Source of the DNA: Clostridia bacterium | GTDB lineage: Bacteria > Bacillota > Clostridia > Christensenellales > Pumilibacteraceae | Length of the DNA stretch: 64,000 nucleotides | Direction: 5' to 3' | Assembly (NCBI GenBank): GCA_017531795.1 | Contig: JAFXKH010000043.1 | Location: 38-64,037, forward strand | Shown here: one piece after another, positions 35,621 through 44,104 of the stretch | Position numbering within the stretch: position 1 is the stretch's first letter | Layout of the letters: the number at the start of each line of letters is the position of its first letter | The notes under the pieces: model-generated | Told to the model about the DNA's origin: nothing | Database searches by the model: none | What the model saw: the letters and a program-made list of their open reading frames with translations, nothing else | Translations under genes and position numbers: made by a program

Positions 35621-35965
35621 ATGGACGAAAAAGTACAAATCATTGAAGATGAAGAGATCATCACTCTTTTTGATGAAAATGACAAACCCATGGATTTTTA
35701 TGAGGTTGCCGTTGTTGAATACGAGGGACAGTTGTATGCTCTGCTTCAACCTGCTGAGGAAATAGAGGATATTGCAGACGACGAAGTTGTTATTTTCAGA
35801 ATCGAGGAAACTGAAGGGGAAGAAGACGATTTCTTCTATCCTGTTGAAGATGAAGCAATACAAGAAGCAGTCTTTGAGGAATTTTTGCGTGCGACTGCGG
35901 ATAGCGATTGCGACGGTGTTTGCGAGGGATGTGATTCTGCGGACGAATGCGCTGATAAGGAATAA
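35621..35965 (+). CDS. DUF1292 family protein (YrzB-like) with acidic Cys-rich tail
   Basis: The core ITLFDENDKPMDFYEVAVVEYEGQLYALLQP is typical of DUF1292. It follows ruvX, as yrzB does in Bacillus. The tail is DSDCDGVCEGCDSADECADKE. Confidence 0.7.
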   Translation: MDEKVQIIEDEEIITLFDENDKPMDFYEVAVVEYEGQLYALLQPAEEIEDIADDEVVIFRIEETEGEEDDFFYPVEDEAIQEAVFEEFLRATADSDCDGVCEGCDSADECADKE

Positions 35966-36000
35966 AGTATTTACCAAAAAATATATAAATTATAAGTATA

Positions 36001-36030
36001 AACACCGAAAAACGTTTGCTTTTCGGTGTT
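36001..36030 (+). terminator. Intrinsic terminator after the DUF1292 gene
   Basis: AACACCGAAAA-ACGTTTGC-TTTTCGGTGTT followed by TATTAT. Confidence 0.55.
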
Positions 36031-36155
36031 TATTATGATATAATACTTGCGTTTGAATACACACTCGATTGCTGTCCGCGACTGTGCGGTCAATTGACCG
36101 TTCTATAAGGATAAAATCAAAGCATCGGGGAGGAATAACAGGAGGAACAAACATT

Positions 36156-36929
36156 ATGGCAAACGTAGTTTCAATGAAACAGTTGCTCGAAGCAGGCGTT
36201 CACTTCGGTCATGCTACCAGAAAGTGGAACCCCAAGATGAAGAAGTACATCTTCACCGCAAGAAATGATATTTATATCATTAACCTTGAAAAGACCGTAG
36301 ACTTGATTGATGAAGCGTATAATTTCATCAAGAGCGTTGCTGACACCGGCAAGCCTATCCTTTTCGTAGGCACGAAGAAACAGGCTCAGGAAGCAATCGC
36401 AGCAGAAGCACAGCGTTGCGGTATGTACTACATTACCAGCCGTTGGCTCGGCGGTACTCTCACGAACTTCTCAACTATCAGATCGAGAATCGAGAGAATG
36501 AACAAGCTTAACCTTATGGAGAGCATGAATGAATTTTCTCTTCTTCCCAAGAAAGAGGTTATGCAACTTACTCAGGAAAGAGATAAGCTTGAAACCAATC
36601 TCGGCGGTATCAAGGATATGCGCACTCTTCCCGGAGCAATCTTCGTAGTAGATCCGAAGAAAGAGCATCTTGCAGTAGCAGAAGCGCGTAAACTCAATAT
36701 CCCCATCGTTGGTATCGTAGACACCAACTGTGATCCTGATGAAGTAGATTACGTTATTCCCGGAAACGATGACGCTATCCGCGCAATCAAGCTTATCGCT
36801 GGCGCAATGGCTGACGCGATTATCGAATCCAGAGAAGGTGAAGAAGCGCTTATCGCAAAGCGCGCTGCTGCCGCAGAAGCAGTAGTTGCAGCTCCTGCGC
36901 AGGAAGAACCCGTCGCAGAAGAAGAATAA
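36156..36929 (+). CDS. rpsB: 30S ribosomal protein S2
   Basis: [28 protein letters not shown]... ATG at 36156 follows AGGAGGA. The track ORF from 36069 is an over-extension. Confidence 0.95.
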   Translation: MANVVSMKQLLEAGVHFGHATRKWNPKMKKYIFTARNDIYIINLEKTVDLIDEAYNFIKSVADTGKPILFVGTKKQAQEAIAAEAQRCGMYYITSRWLGGTLTNFSTIRSRIERMNKLNLMESMNEFSLLPKKEVMQLTQERDKLETNLGGIKDMRTLPGAIFVVDPKKEHLAVAEARKLNIPIVGIVDTNCDPDEVDYVIPGNDDAIRAIKLIAGAMADAIIESREGEEALIAKRAAAAEAVVAAPAQEEPVAEEE

Positions 36930-36942
36930 TGGAGGAATAATT

Positions 36943-37863
36943 ATGAACTTTACTGCAAAAGACGTAGCAGAACTTCGTGAAATTACCGGCGCAGGTATGA
37001 TGGATTGCAAAAAAGCGCTCGTTCATACCGATGGTAATAAAGAAAAAGCAATTGAATATCTCAGAGAAATTGGCGTTAGTATCGCTGCAAAGAAGGCAAG
37101 CCGTATAGCAAGCGAAGGTCTTATCGGCGGATATACCGAAGGCACCGTAGGCGTACTTGCAGAACTTAACTGTGAAACCGATTTCGTTGCAAATACCGAT
37201 GGATTTAGAAATCTTGTGGTTAAAGTTGCTAAAGCTGTCGCTGATACAAACCCTGCAAGCGTTGAAGAACTTCTTGAAACCAAAGTAGACGGCAGTACTG
37301 TAACTGAACTTATGAATGCAGAAACTGCAAAGTGCGGTGAAAAGATTACTACTCGTCGTTTTGAGAAATTCCAGGTAAGCGAAGGCGTAGAAGAAATATA
37401 TCTTCATAACGGCGGAAAAATCGGCGTTATGCTTGAAGTTGAAACAGACAAGCCCGCAAGCAATGAGATCAGAGAAATGGCTCATGATATTGCAATGCAT
37501 ATCGCAGCATTCTCTCCCGCGCACGTTGACGTTTCCGAAGTGCCTTCCGAATATATTGAAAAGGAAAAGGCAATTCTTTTCGTTCAAGCTAAGAACGATC
37601 CCAAAAATGCAAATAAGCCCGATGCAATTCTTGAAAAGATGCTTGAAGGCAGACTTAAAAAGAGCCTTAAAGAAATTTGTCTTTTGGATCAGCCTTTTGC
37701 AAAAGATTCATCAATTACCGTTGAACAGCTTGTTGCAAACGTTTCCAAAGCAACGGATACCAAAATCAAACTTAACAAGTTCGTTCGTTTAGTAATGGGC
37801 GAAGGCCTTGAAAAGAAAGTAGATAACCTTGCAGAAGAAGTTGCAAAAATGTCCGGAAAATAA
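36943..37863 (+). CDS. tsf: Translation elongation factor Ts
   Basis: MNFTAKDVAELREITGAGMMDCKKAL (UBA-like N-terminus), and LAELNCETDFVA. ATG at 36943 follows GGAGGA. Confidence 0.95.
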   Translation: MNFTAKDVAELREITGAGMMDCKKALVHTDGNKEKAIEYLREIGVSIAAKKASRIASEGLIGGYTEGTVGVLAELNCETDFVANTDGFRNLVVKVAKAVADTNPASVEELLETKVDGSTVTELMNAETAKCGEKITTRRFEKFQVSEGVEEIYLHNGGKIGVMLEVETDKPASNEIREMAHDIAMHIAAFSPAHVDVSEVPSEYIEKEKAILFVQAKNDPKNANKPDAILEKMLEGRLKKSLKEICLLDQPFAKDSSITVEQLVANVSKATDTKIKLNKFVRLVMGEGLEKKVDNLAEEVAKMSGK

Positions 37864-37867
37864 AAAC

Positions 37868-37896
37868 AAAAGGAACACGCTTTTAGTGTTCCTTTT
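37868..37896 (+). terminator. Intrinsic terminator after tsf
   Basis: AAAAGGAACAC-GCTTTTA-GTGTTCCTTTT plus a T tract. Confidence 0.7.
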
Positions 37897-37926
37897 TCTT
37901 AAAAGTTAAATCTTAGAGGAGTAGTT

Positions 37927-38622
37927 ATGTATAAAAGAGTTCTTTTGAAAATCAGTGGAGAAGCGCTTGCTGGTGAAAATGGTACCGGTATAGATGCAAA
38001 AATGGTAGAACACGTAGTCTCTCAGATTGTTGAAATTCACAATCAGGGAATAGAAGTTGCTGTTGTTATGGGAGGCGGAAATTTCTGGCGTGGACGTCAG
38101 GGAACAAATATGGACAGAGTAACCGCTGACCATATGGGTATGCTTGCCACCGTTATGAACGGCCTTGCTCTTCAAGACGCGATTGAAAAGAAAGGCGTTC
38201 AAACCCGTCTTCAAACCGCATTATCAATGCCGTCAGTAGCAGAACCGTTTGTTTTCAGAAAAGCGCTTAGACACTTTGAAATGGGAAGAATCGTTCTTTT
38301 CGCTTGTGGCACGGGCAATCCTTATTTTTCTACGGATACCGGCGCAGCGCTCAGAGCGGCGGAAATTGGCGCAGGCGCTTTGTTGATGGCGAAGAATATA
38401 GACGGTGTATATGACAGCGATCCCAGAAAAAATCCAAATGCTAAAAAGTATGATCAATTAACTTATATGGATATAATTAATAAACGACTTGCGCATATGG
38501 ATACTACCGCAGTTACTACTTGTATGGAAAATAATATTCCCATTATTACATTTGCTCTTGATGAACCTAATAGTATTGTTAAGGCTGCTATGGGAGAAAA
38601 AATCGGAACTTATATTGGCTAA
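37927..38622 (+). CDS. pyrH: UMP kinase
   Basis: YKRVLLKISGEAL, VVMGGGNFWRG, and GTGNPYFSTDTGAALRAAE. Confidence 0.95.
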   Translation: MYKRVLLKISGEALAGENGTGIDAKMVEHVVSQIVEIHNQGIEVAVVMGGGNFWRGRQGTNMDRVTADHMGMLATVMNGLALQDAIEKKGVQTRLQTALSMPSVAEPFVFRKALRHFEMGRIVLFACGTGNPYFSTDTGAALRAAEIGAGALLMAKNIDGVYDSDPRKNPNAKKYDQLTYMDIINKRLAHMDTTAVTTCMENNIPIITFALDEPNSIVKAAMGEKIGTYIG

Positions 38623-38676
38623 ATAAGTTGCCACCTATATATACTTTATGATATAATATTTATATGGAGGATTTTT

Positions 38677-39243
38677 ATGTTACCCGAACTTGAAGAAGAA
38701 CTTTTTTATTTGGAAGAAAAACTTGAAAAGGCTGTTAATCATCTTTCGAGCGAATATATAACCGTGCGTGCAGGTCGCGCTAACCCCAAAATTCTCGACA
38801 ATATTATGGTCGATTATTACGGTTCTCCTACGCCACTTAAACAAATGGCGAATATTTCCGTTCCCGAGCCCCGCATGCTCGTTATAAATCTCTTTGACAG
38901 AAGCGCGGCGAAAGAAACGGTAAAGGCAATCGTTGCTTCTGACCTTGGAATTAATCCCTCTGACGACGGTAAACTTATTCGTCTTGTTTTCCCTCAGCTT
39001 ACCCAAGAACGTCGTAAGGACCTTGTAAAGCAGGTTAAGAAAATGGCAGAGGACAGTAAGGTTGTATTGAGAAACGAACGTCGTGATGCTCTTGATAAAG
39101 CAAAGAAACTTAAAAAAGAACTCAATTTCTCAGAAGACGAATTGACGGGCTTTGAAAAAGATGTTCAAAAAGCTCTCGATAAATATATCGCGCAAGTAGA
39201 CGATATGAGCAAAAATAAGGAAAAAGAAATCCTTGAAATCTAA
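38677..39243 (+). CDS. frr: Ribosome recycling factor
   Basis: VRAGRANPKILDNIMVDYYGSPTPLKQMANISVPEPRML, and LTQERRKDLVKQVKK. Confidence 0.95.
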   Translation: MLPELEEELFYLEEKLEKAVNHLSSEYITVRAGRANPKILDNIMVDYYGSPTPLKQMANISVPEPRMLVINLFDRSAAKETVKAIVASDLGINPSDDGKLIRLVFPQLTQERRKDLVKQVKKMAEDSKVVLRNERRDALDKAKKLKKELNFSEDELTGFEKDVQKALDKYIAQVDDMSKNKEKEILEI

Positions 39244-39907
39244 CGCAATCCCCAAACACGTTGCAATTATTATGGACGGTAACGGTAGATGGGCTGAAAA
39301 ACGTTCTTTGCCGAGAAGCGTAGGTCATATTGCGGGTGTAAAAAATATAGATATCATTACGGATTATCTTTTTAATCTCGGTGTAAACACGCTGACTTTG
39401 TTTGCGTTTTCAACTGAAAACTGGAATAGACCCATTAATGAAGTTGACGGGTTACTTCTTTTGTTCAAAAACTATTTGATAGAAAAAGTGCCGGACTTAA
39501 TTAAAAAAAATATCGGCTTTAATGTCTTTGGAGATATTTCCTTTTTTGACGAAGAAACACAATCGTTGATTCAACAATATTCTTTGGTAAATTCTGACAA
39601 ATGCTTGAATATTTGTTTTAATTACGGTGGAAGATCGGAAATAATTAGAGCCATAAATTCTTTCGTAGATAAGTCGTGTGTCAGCGAAGCAGAACTCAGA
39701 TCTGCTTTATATACAAAAAACTTGCCCGATCCTGACGTACTTATACGAACGGGAGGGGAACATAGAATAAGCAATTTTTTATTGTTCCAGATTGCTTATT
39801 CGGAAATATATTTTATAGATACTTTATGGCCTGATTTTTCAACAGACGAGTTACAAAATATACTAAATGATTATGCAATTACTGATAGGAGATTCGGTAA
39901 AATATAA
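39233..39907 (+). CDS. uppS: Isoprenyl transferase (undecaprenyl diphosphate synthase)
   Basis: PKHVAIIMDGNGRWA, FAFSTENWNRP, and LIRTGGEHRISNFLLFQIAYSE. TTG start overlaps the frr end. Confidence 0.9.
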   Translation: MKSNAIPKHVAIIMDGNGRWAEKRSLPRSVGHIAGVKNIDIITDYLFNLGVNTLTLFAFSTENWNRPINEVDGLLLLFKNYLIEKVPDLIKKNIGFNVFGDISFFDEETQSLIQQYSLVNSDKCLNICFNYGGRSEIIRAINSFVDKSCVSEAELRSALYTKNLPDPDVLIRTGGEHRISNFLLFQIAYSEIYFIDTLWPDFSTDELQNILNDYAITDRRFGKI

Positions 39908-39909
39908 CG

Positions 39910-40866
39910 ATGAAAAGCAGAGTTAAATTCGGACTTATAATACTTTTTATTATGGCAGGTATGATGTTCTTGTCGCAATACGTCGCAAAAGAATTCTACG
40001 ATGCATTTATACTTCTTTTGATGCTTGGCGCCGCGTATGAGATGTCAAAAGCGATAGGCAACAAATATTCAAAGCCTATGTTTCCTTTACTTGCCATTTT
40101 TATTTTTATTGGTTATACCGCATTTAAGTTTGTACACGAATTTAACGCTTACGCCAATTCGGGCAATGGTTTTGGTGGAATTACTTCATATTTTGTTGTA
40201 ATGATTGCAATGATTATCGTGTGTTTTATCGTCAATATGGCAAGCGCGAAACATTCTTTCGAGAACGTAATCAGTACGTTAATTTGTATGATATATCCGC
40301 TTGCAATTATGGTTTATTTTTTGGGATTAAACTATTTTCCGGGCGCAACGAGAGGGCTTGCTTTTGACGGCTGGTATTATGATCCCTATGCGCTTACGGG
40401 AAGTTTTCTCCCGAACTATAAACCTATTGCTATCATTATGACCTTTGGTTGCGCTTCATGTACGGACATAATGGCATTATTCGTTGGTATACTTTTCAAA
40501 GGTCCAAAACTCGCTCCGCACATAAGTCCGAAAAAAACCATTTCAGGCGCAATAGGCGGTTTGTTTGGCGGTGTCATAGGCGCGGCAATCATTTGGGGAC
40601 TGTCCTTTACGGGCTTTATGGGTCTTTCGGGACTGAATGAAAATATATGGATAAGTCTGGCCTTGTATCTTTCGCTTGGATTATGCATTGCTTTTGTTAC
40701 TGAAGTTGGCGATTTGATCGCATCGTATATAAAAAGATTTTGTGAAATAAAGGATTATGGAACGCTGATCCCCGGCCATGGTGGTGTTCTTGATCGTATA
40801 GACGGAATAATGCTTGCCTCAATGGTTTGTTATTTATTCATTACTATGGTCGTTTATTTTAGTTAG
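39910..40866 (+). CDS. cdsA: Phosphatidate cytidylyltransferase
   Basis: Polytopic membrane protein. C-terminal signature SYIKRFCEIKDYGTLIPGHGGVLDRIDG. Confidence 0.85.
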   Translation: MKSRVKFGLIILFIMAGMMFLSQYVAKEFYDAFILLLMLGAAYEMSKAIGNKYSKPMFPLLAIFIFIGYTAFKFVHEFNAYANSGNGFGGITSYFVVMIAMIIVCFIVNMASAKHSFENVISTLICMIYPLAIMVYFLGLNYFPGATRGLAFDGWYYDPYALTGSFLPNYKPIAIIMTFGCASCTDIMALFVGILFKGPKLAPHISPKKTISGAIGGLFGGVIGAAIIWGLSFTGFMGLSGLNENIWISLALYLSLGLCIAFVTEVGDLIASYIKRFCEIKDYGTLIPGHGGVLDRIDGIMLASMVCYLFITMVVYFS

Positions 40867-40875
40867 AGAGGTGTT

Positions 40876-41976
40876 ATGAAAACTGTAGCTGTTTTCGGAA
40901 GCACGGGTAGTATCGGCGTACAAACGTTAAGCGTTGTGCGCCGTTTTCCCAAAGATTACAAAATTATTGCTTTAACCGCAGGGAATAACGTTACGTTATT
41001 GAAAGAGCAAATACGTGAGTTTTCGCCTGACTACGTTGGAGCAAATGAAAAATTCAGTTCGGGCGCTAAATACGAATATTTTTCTGATTTATCATCGCTT
41101 GCAAATGATTGCGATGCGGATATCTATGTTGTTGCAATTTCGGGAATATCCGCATTGCCTCCGCTTATAAACATAATTAAAAAGGGTAAGAGAATAGCGT
41201 TAGCAAATAAAGAAGCAATAGTTTGCGCAGGCGACTTAATAATGAATATGGCAAGTCAGTACGGCTCCGAAATTATTCCCGTAGACAGCGAACATTCTGC
41301 CGTATTTCAATGCTTAATGTTAGGGAATAAGGATGTTTCACGCATAATTCTTACAGCAAGCGGAGGTCCATTCTTTTCCTCGGACATAAATTTACACGAT
41401 ATTACCCCTGAGCAGGCATTAAAGCATCCGACTTGGAATATGGGTAAAAAAATCTCAATAGACAGCGCAACAATGGTAAATAAAGGTCTTGAAATTATTG
41501 AAGCGCGAAGATTGTTTGGCGAAAAGCAAGTGGATTATATAATTCATCCGGAAAGCGTAATACACTCTATGGTCGAATATGATGATGGCTCTACAGTTGC
41601 GCTAATGTCTTATCCGAACATGACGCTGGCTATTCAGTATGCGTTAACTTATCCTGATCGGATTGACAATCCGTTCGTAAAGTCCTTTGATTTTAAAAAA
41701 CCTCTTACTTTTTTTGAACCTGATGAAAAGCGTTTTCCTGCTCCGCGAATCGCAAAACAGTGTCTTGATATTGGCGGTAACGCGCCTGCAATATACAGCA
41801 TGGCTGATGAAGTGGCGGTTGAATTGTTTTTATCAAATAAAATCAAATTTACGGATATATGTGGTATAATTGAGGAGGCTTTGAGCATAAACGAAATAGA
41901 GACGACTTTCGATTATGAATATTTGCTCGCTTTGAATAAAAATATCACAAATTATTTTAGGAGAAAATATAGCTGA
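40876..41976 (+). CDS. dxr: 1-deoxy-D-xylulose 5-phosphate reductoisomerase
   Basis: VFGSTGSIGVQTL, LANKEAIVCAG, PVDSEHSA, and TASGGPF. Confidence 0.92.
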   Translation: MKTVAVFGSTGSIGVQTLSVVRRFPKDYKIIALTAGNNVTLLKEQIREFSPDYVGANEKFSSGAKYEYFSDLSSLANDCDADIYVVAISGISALPPLINIIKKGKRIALANKEAIVCAGDLIMNMASQYGSEIIPVDSEHSAVFQCLMLGNKDVSRIILTASGGPFFSSDINLHDITPEQALKHPTWNMGKKISIDSATMVNKGLEIIEARRLFGEKQVDYIIHPESVIHSMVEYDDGSTVALMSYPNMTLAIQYALTYPDRIDNPFVKSFDFKKPLTFFEPDEKRFPAPRIAKQCLDIGGNAPAIYSMADEVAVELFLSNKIKFTDICGIIEEALSINEIETTFDYEYLLALNKNITNYFRRKYS

Positions 41977-41978
41977 AA

Positions 41979-43061
41979 ATGATTTTTCTATACGTAATTT
42001 TGGCAATATTGATTTTGCTTATAATGATAACGATACACGAGTTTGGTCATTATTTGTCTGCCAAACTATTGCGTTTTGATATAAGCGAATTTTCCATCGG
42101 CTTTGGTCCAAAAATATTCAAAAGAAAATCAAAGAAAACTGACGAAGTATTTTCAATAGGTGTACTTCCACTTGGTGGATATTGCGCGTTTTATGATGAA
42201 AAAGGTGACGCAAGCGATGAAAATACTATTCCCGCAAATAAAAAGCCCTTTAACTCAGAAAAGCCGTGGAAAAGATTAATCGTTTTACTTTCAGGTCCGC
42301 TACTCAATTTATTCTCCGCTTTCTTTTTCTCATTTATTTATATTCTTGCCGTTGGTTATGCCGTGCCTACGGTTGTCGAAATATACGATAATCCGTTTAC
42401 GGGTGAAAGTTATGTTTCTGCTCTTGAAACAGGCGATGAGATAATCGCAATCAACGACGTTGATATTAACGTTATGAACTCTTTCAGTGAATTAACGGCA
42501 AATAATAAACTTGGCGAGAGCTTAAAGTTTACAATATTGCGTGACGGTGAAGAACAAGACGTTTATATTGCGAAACAGAACGTTTCAATTAAAACTGAAA
42601 GCGGTGAATATGTAAGTAAGGAGTTGTTTGGTTTTACGTCAAGCAATACGGTGAAAAGCGTGTCTTTTGAATATGCGTTTGGCATGTCCTTTCCTTATAC
42701 GTTCAAGCTTTCCGGCATGATTATCGGCTCATTTGGTCAATTAATAACGGGGCAGATTCCTCTGACCGAATTATCAGGTCCGATAGGTACGGTAACGACA
42801 ATGGCAACATATGCAGAGTTGGATTGGCGGTATATTTTGTTGTTTTTACCGCTTATCGCAAGCAATTTAGCCATTTTTAATCTTTTTCCTATTCCTTCTT
42901 TGGATGGAGCAAGAGCAATATTTACAATAATCGAGTGGTTGCGTGGAAAACCAATCAACAGAAAAATAGAAGGATATATACACACAGTAGGATTATTGAT
43001 GCTCCTTGCCTTCGTTCTTATAATTGACGTCGTAGGAATATTTATGAGGTATTTGCAATGA
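41979..43061 (+). CDS. rseP: RIP metalloprotease RseP/RasP (M50 with PDZ domain)
   Basis: TIHEFGHYLSA (HExxH) in TM1, a central PDZ-like segment (GDEIIAINDVDI), and FNLFPIPSLDGARA. Confidence 0.88.
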   Translation: MIFLYVILAILILLIMITIHEFGHYLSAKLLRFDISEFSIGFGPKIFKRKSKKTDEVFSIGVLPLGGYCAFYDEKGDASDENTIPANKKPFNSEKPWKRLIVLLSGPLLNLFSAFFFSFIYILAVGYAVPTVVEIYDNPFTGESYVSALETGDEIIAINDVDINVMNSFSELTANNKLGESLKFTILRDGEEQDVYIAKQNVSIKTESGEYVSKELFGFTSSNTVKSVSFEYAFGMSFPYTFKLSGMIIGSFGQLITGQIPLTELSGPIGTVTTMATYAELDWRYILLFLPLIASNLAIFNLFPIPSLDGARAIFTIIEWLRGKPINRKIEGYIHTVGLLMLLAFVLIIDVVGIFMRYLQ

Positions 43062-44104
43062 TGAAAAATATAGTAAAAATCGGAAACGTAAATATCGGTG
43101 GTAATCAACCTGTAACGGTTCAGTCTATGACTTCTACCGATACGGCAGACTTTAACGCGACGTTGAATCAATTGTTGGAATTAAAGCGCGTCGGCTGTGA
43201 TATAGCCCGTATTGCCGTCAGAGATGAAATGGACGTCAGCGTTTGTAAAAAAATTTTATCAGCCATCGATATTCCTCTGGTTGCAGATATTCAGTACGAT
43301 TATAAACTTGCAGTTGCTTGCGCAGACGTAGGCTTTCATAAAATCAGATATAATCCCGGCAATACTTCAACGTCAGGACTTAACGAATTGGTTTCGGCGT
43401 GCAAAGCAAATAACTGTCCTATTCGCATAGGCGTAAACGGCGGTTCGCTCGAAAAAGACATTAAACAAAAGCATGGCGGAGCATCGGCTTCGGCTCTTGT
43501 GGAAAGCGCAATGCGTTCGATAAAACTACTTGAAGATCTCGATTTTTATGACATCGTAGTGTCCGTAAAATCAAGCGATATTCGCGTTTCTTCCTTGGCT
43601 TACAGAATGCTTTACGAAAGTTCTCCTTATCCCTTACACGTTGGGATTACAGAAAGCGGAATAGGGGATCTGGCAATAATAAAATCGTCTATCGGCATTG
43701 GCTCTTTGCTCCTTGACGGTATCGGAGATACGATAAGAGTGTCATTAACGGGCGACCCTATTCAGGAAGTGTTAGTGGCTAAAAATATTATTAAAGCAAC
43801 ATCAAGCAAAAAAAACTTTGTGGAAATAGTATCTTGTCCTACTTGCGCGCGTTGTAATTATGATTTGGAACGCATTGCAAAAAAGGCAGAAGCGTTGACG
43901 AATAATATAAATAAAAAATTAAAAATTGCAATTATGGGGTGCACTGTAAACGGTCCGGGAGAAGCTTCGGACGCTGACCTTGGAATTGCAGGCGGAAAAG
44001 ACAAGGCCGTAGTATTTAAAAACGGCAAAATTCTTCTTACGGCTCGCACGGAAGATGCAGAAGAAATTTTCTTTAATATACTCAGAGAATTAATTAGTGA
44101 TTGA
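43058..44104 (+). CDS. ispG: 4-hydroxy-3-methylbut-2-en-1-yl diphosphate synthase (flavodoxin)
   Basis: VTVQSMTSTDT, IRYNPGN, IRIGVNGGSL, and cluster Cys in CPTCARC and MGCTVNGPGE. Confidence 0.93.
   Translation: MMKNIVKIGNVNIGGNQPVTVQSMTSTDTADFNATLNQLLELKRVGCDIARIAVRDEMDVSVCKKILSAIDIPLVADIQYDYKLAVACADVGFHKIRYNPGNTSTSGLNELVSACKANNCPIRIGVNGGSLEKDIKQKHGGASASALVESAMRSIKLLEDLDFYDIVVSVKSSDIRVSSLAYRMLYESSPYPLHVGITESGIGDLAIIKSSIGIGSLLLDGIGDTIRVSLTGDPIQEVLVAKNIIKATSSKKNFVEIVSCPTCARCNYDLERIAKKAEALTNNINKKLKIAIMGCTVNGPGEASDADLGIAGGKDKAVVFKNGKILLTARTEDAEEIFFNILRELISD

Noticed and set aside
35408-37587. Several long minus-strand ORFs (35408-35977, 36471-37010, 36850-37587) and overlapping plus-strand ORFs (35772-36038, 37433-37792).
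   Set aside because: They overlap ruvX, the DUF1292 gene, rpsB and tsf, which are unmistakable conserved genes. These are frame or antisense shadows in a codon-biased region.
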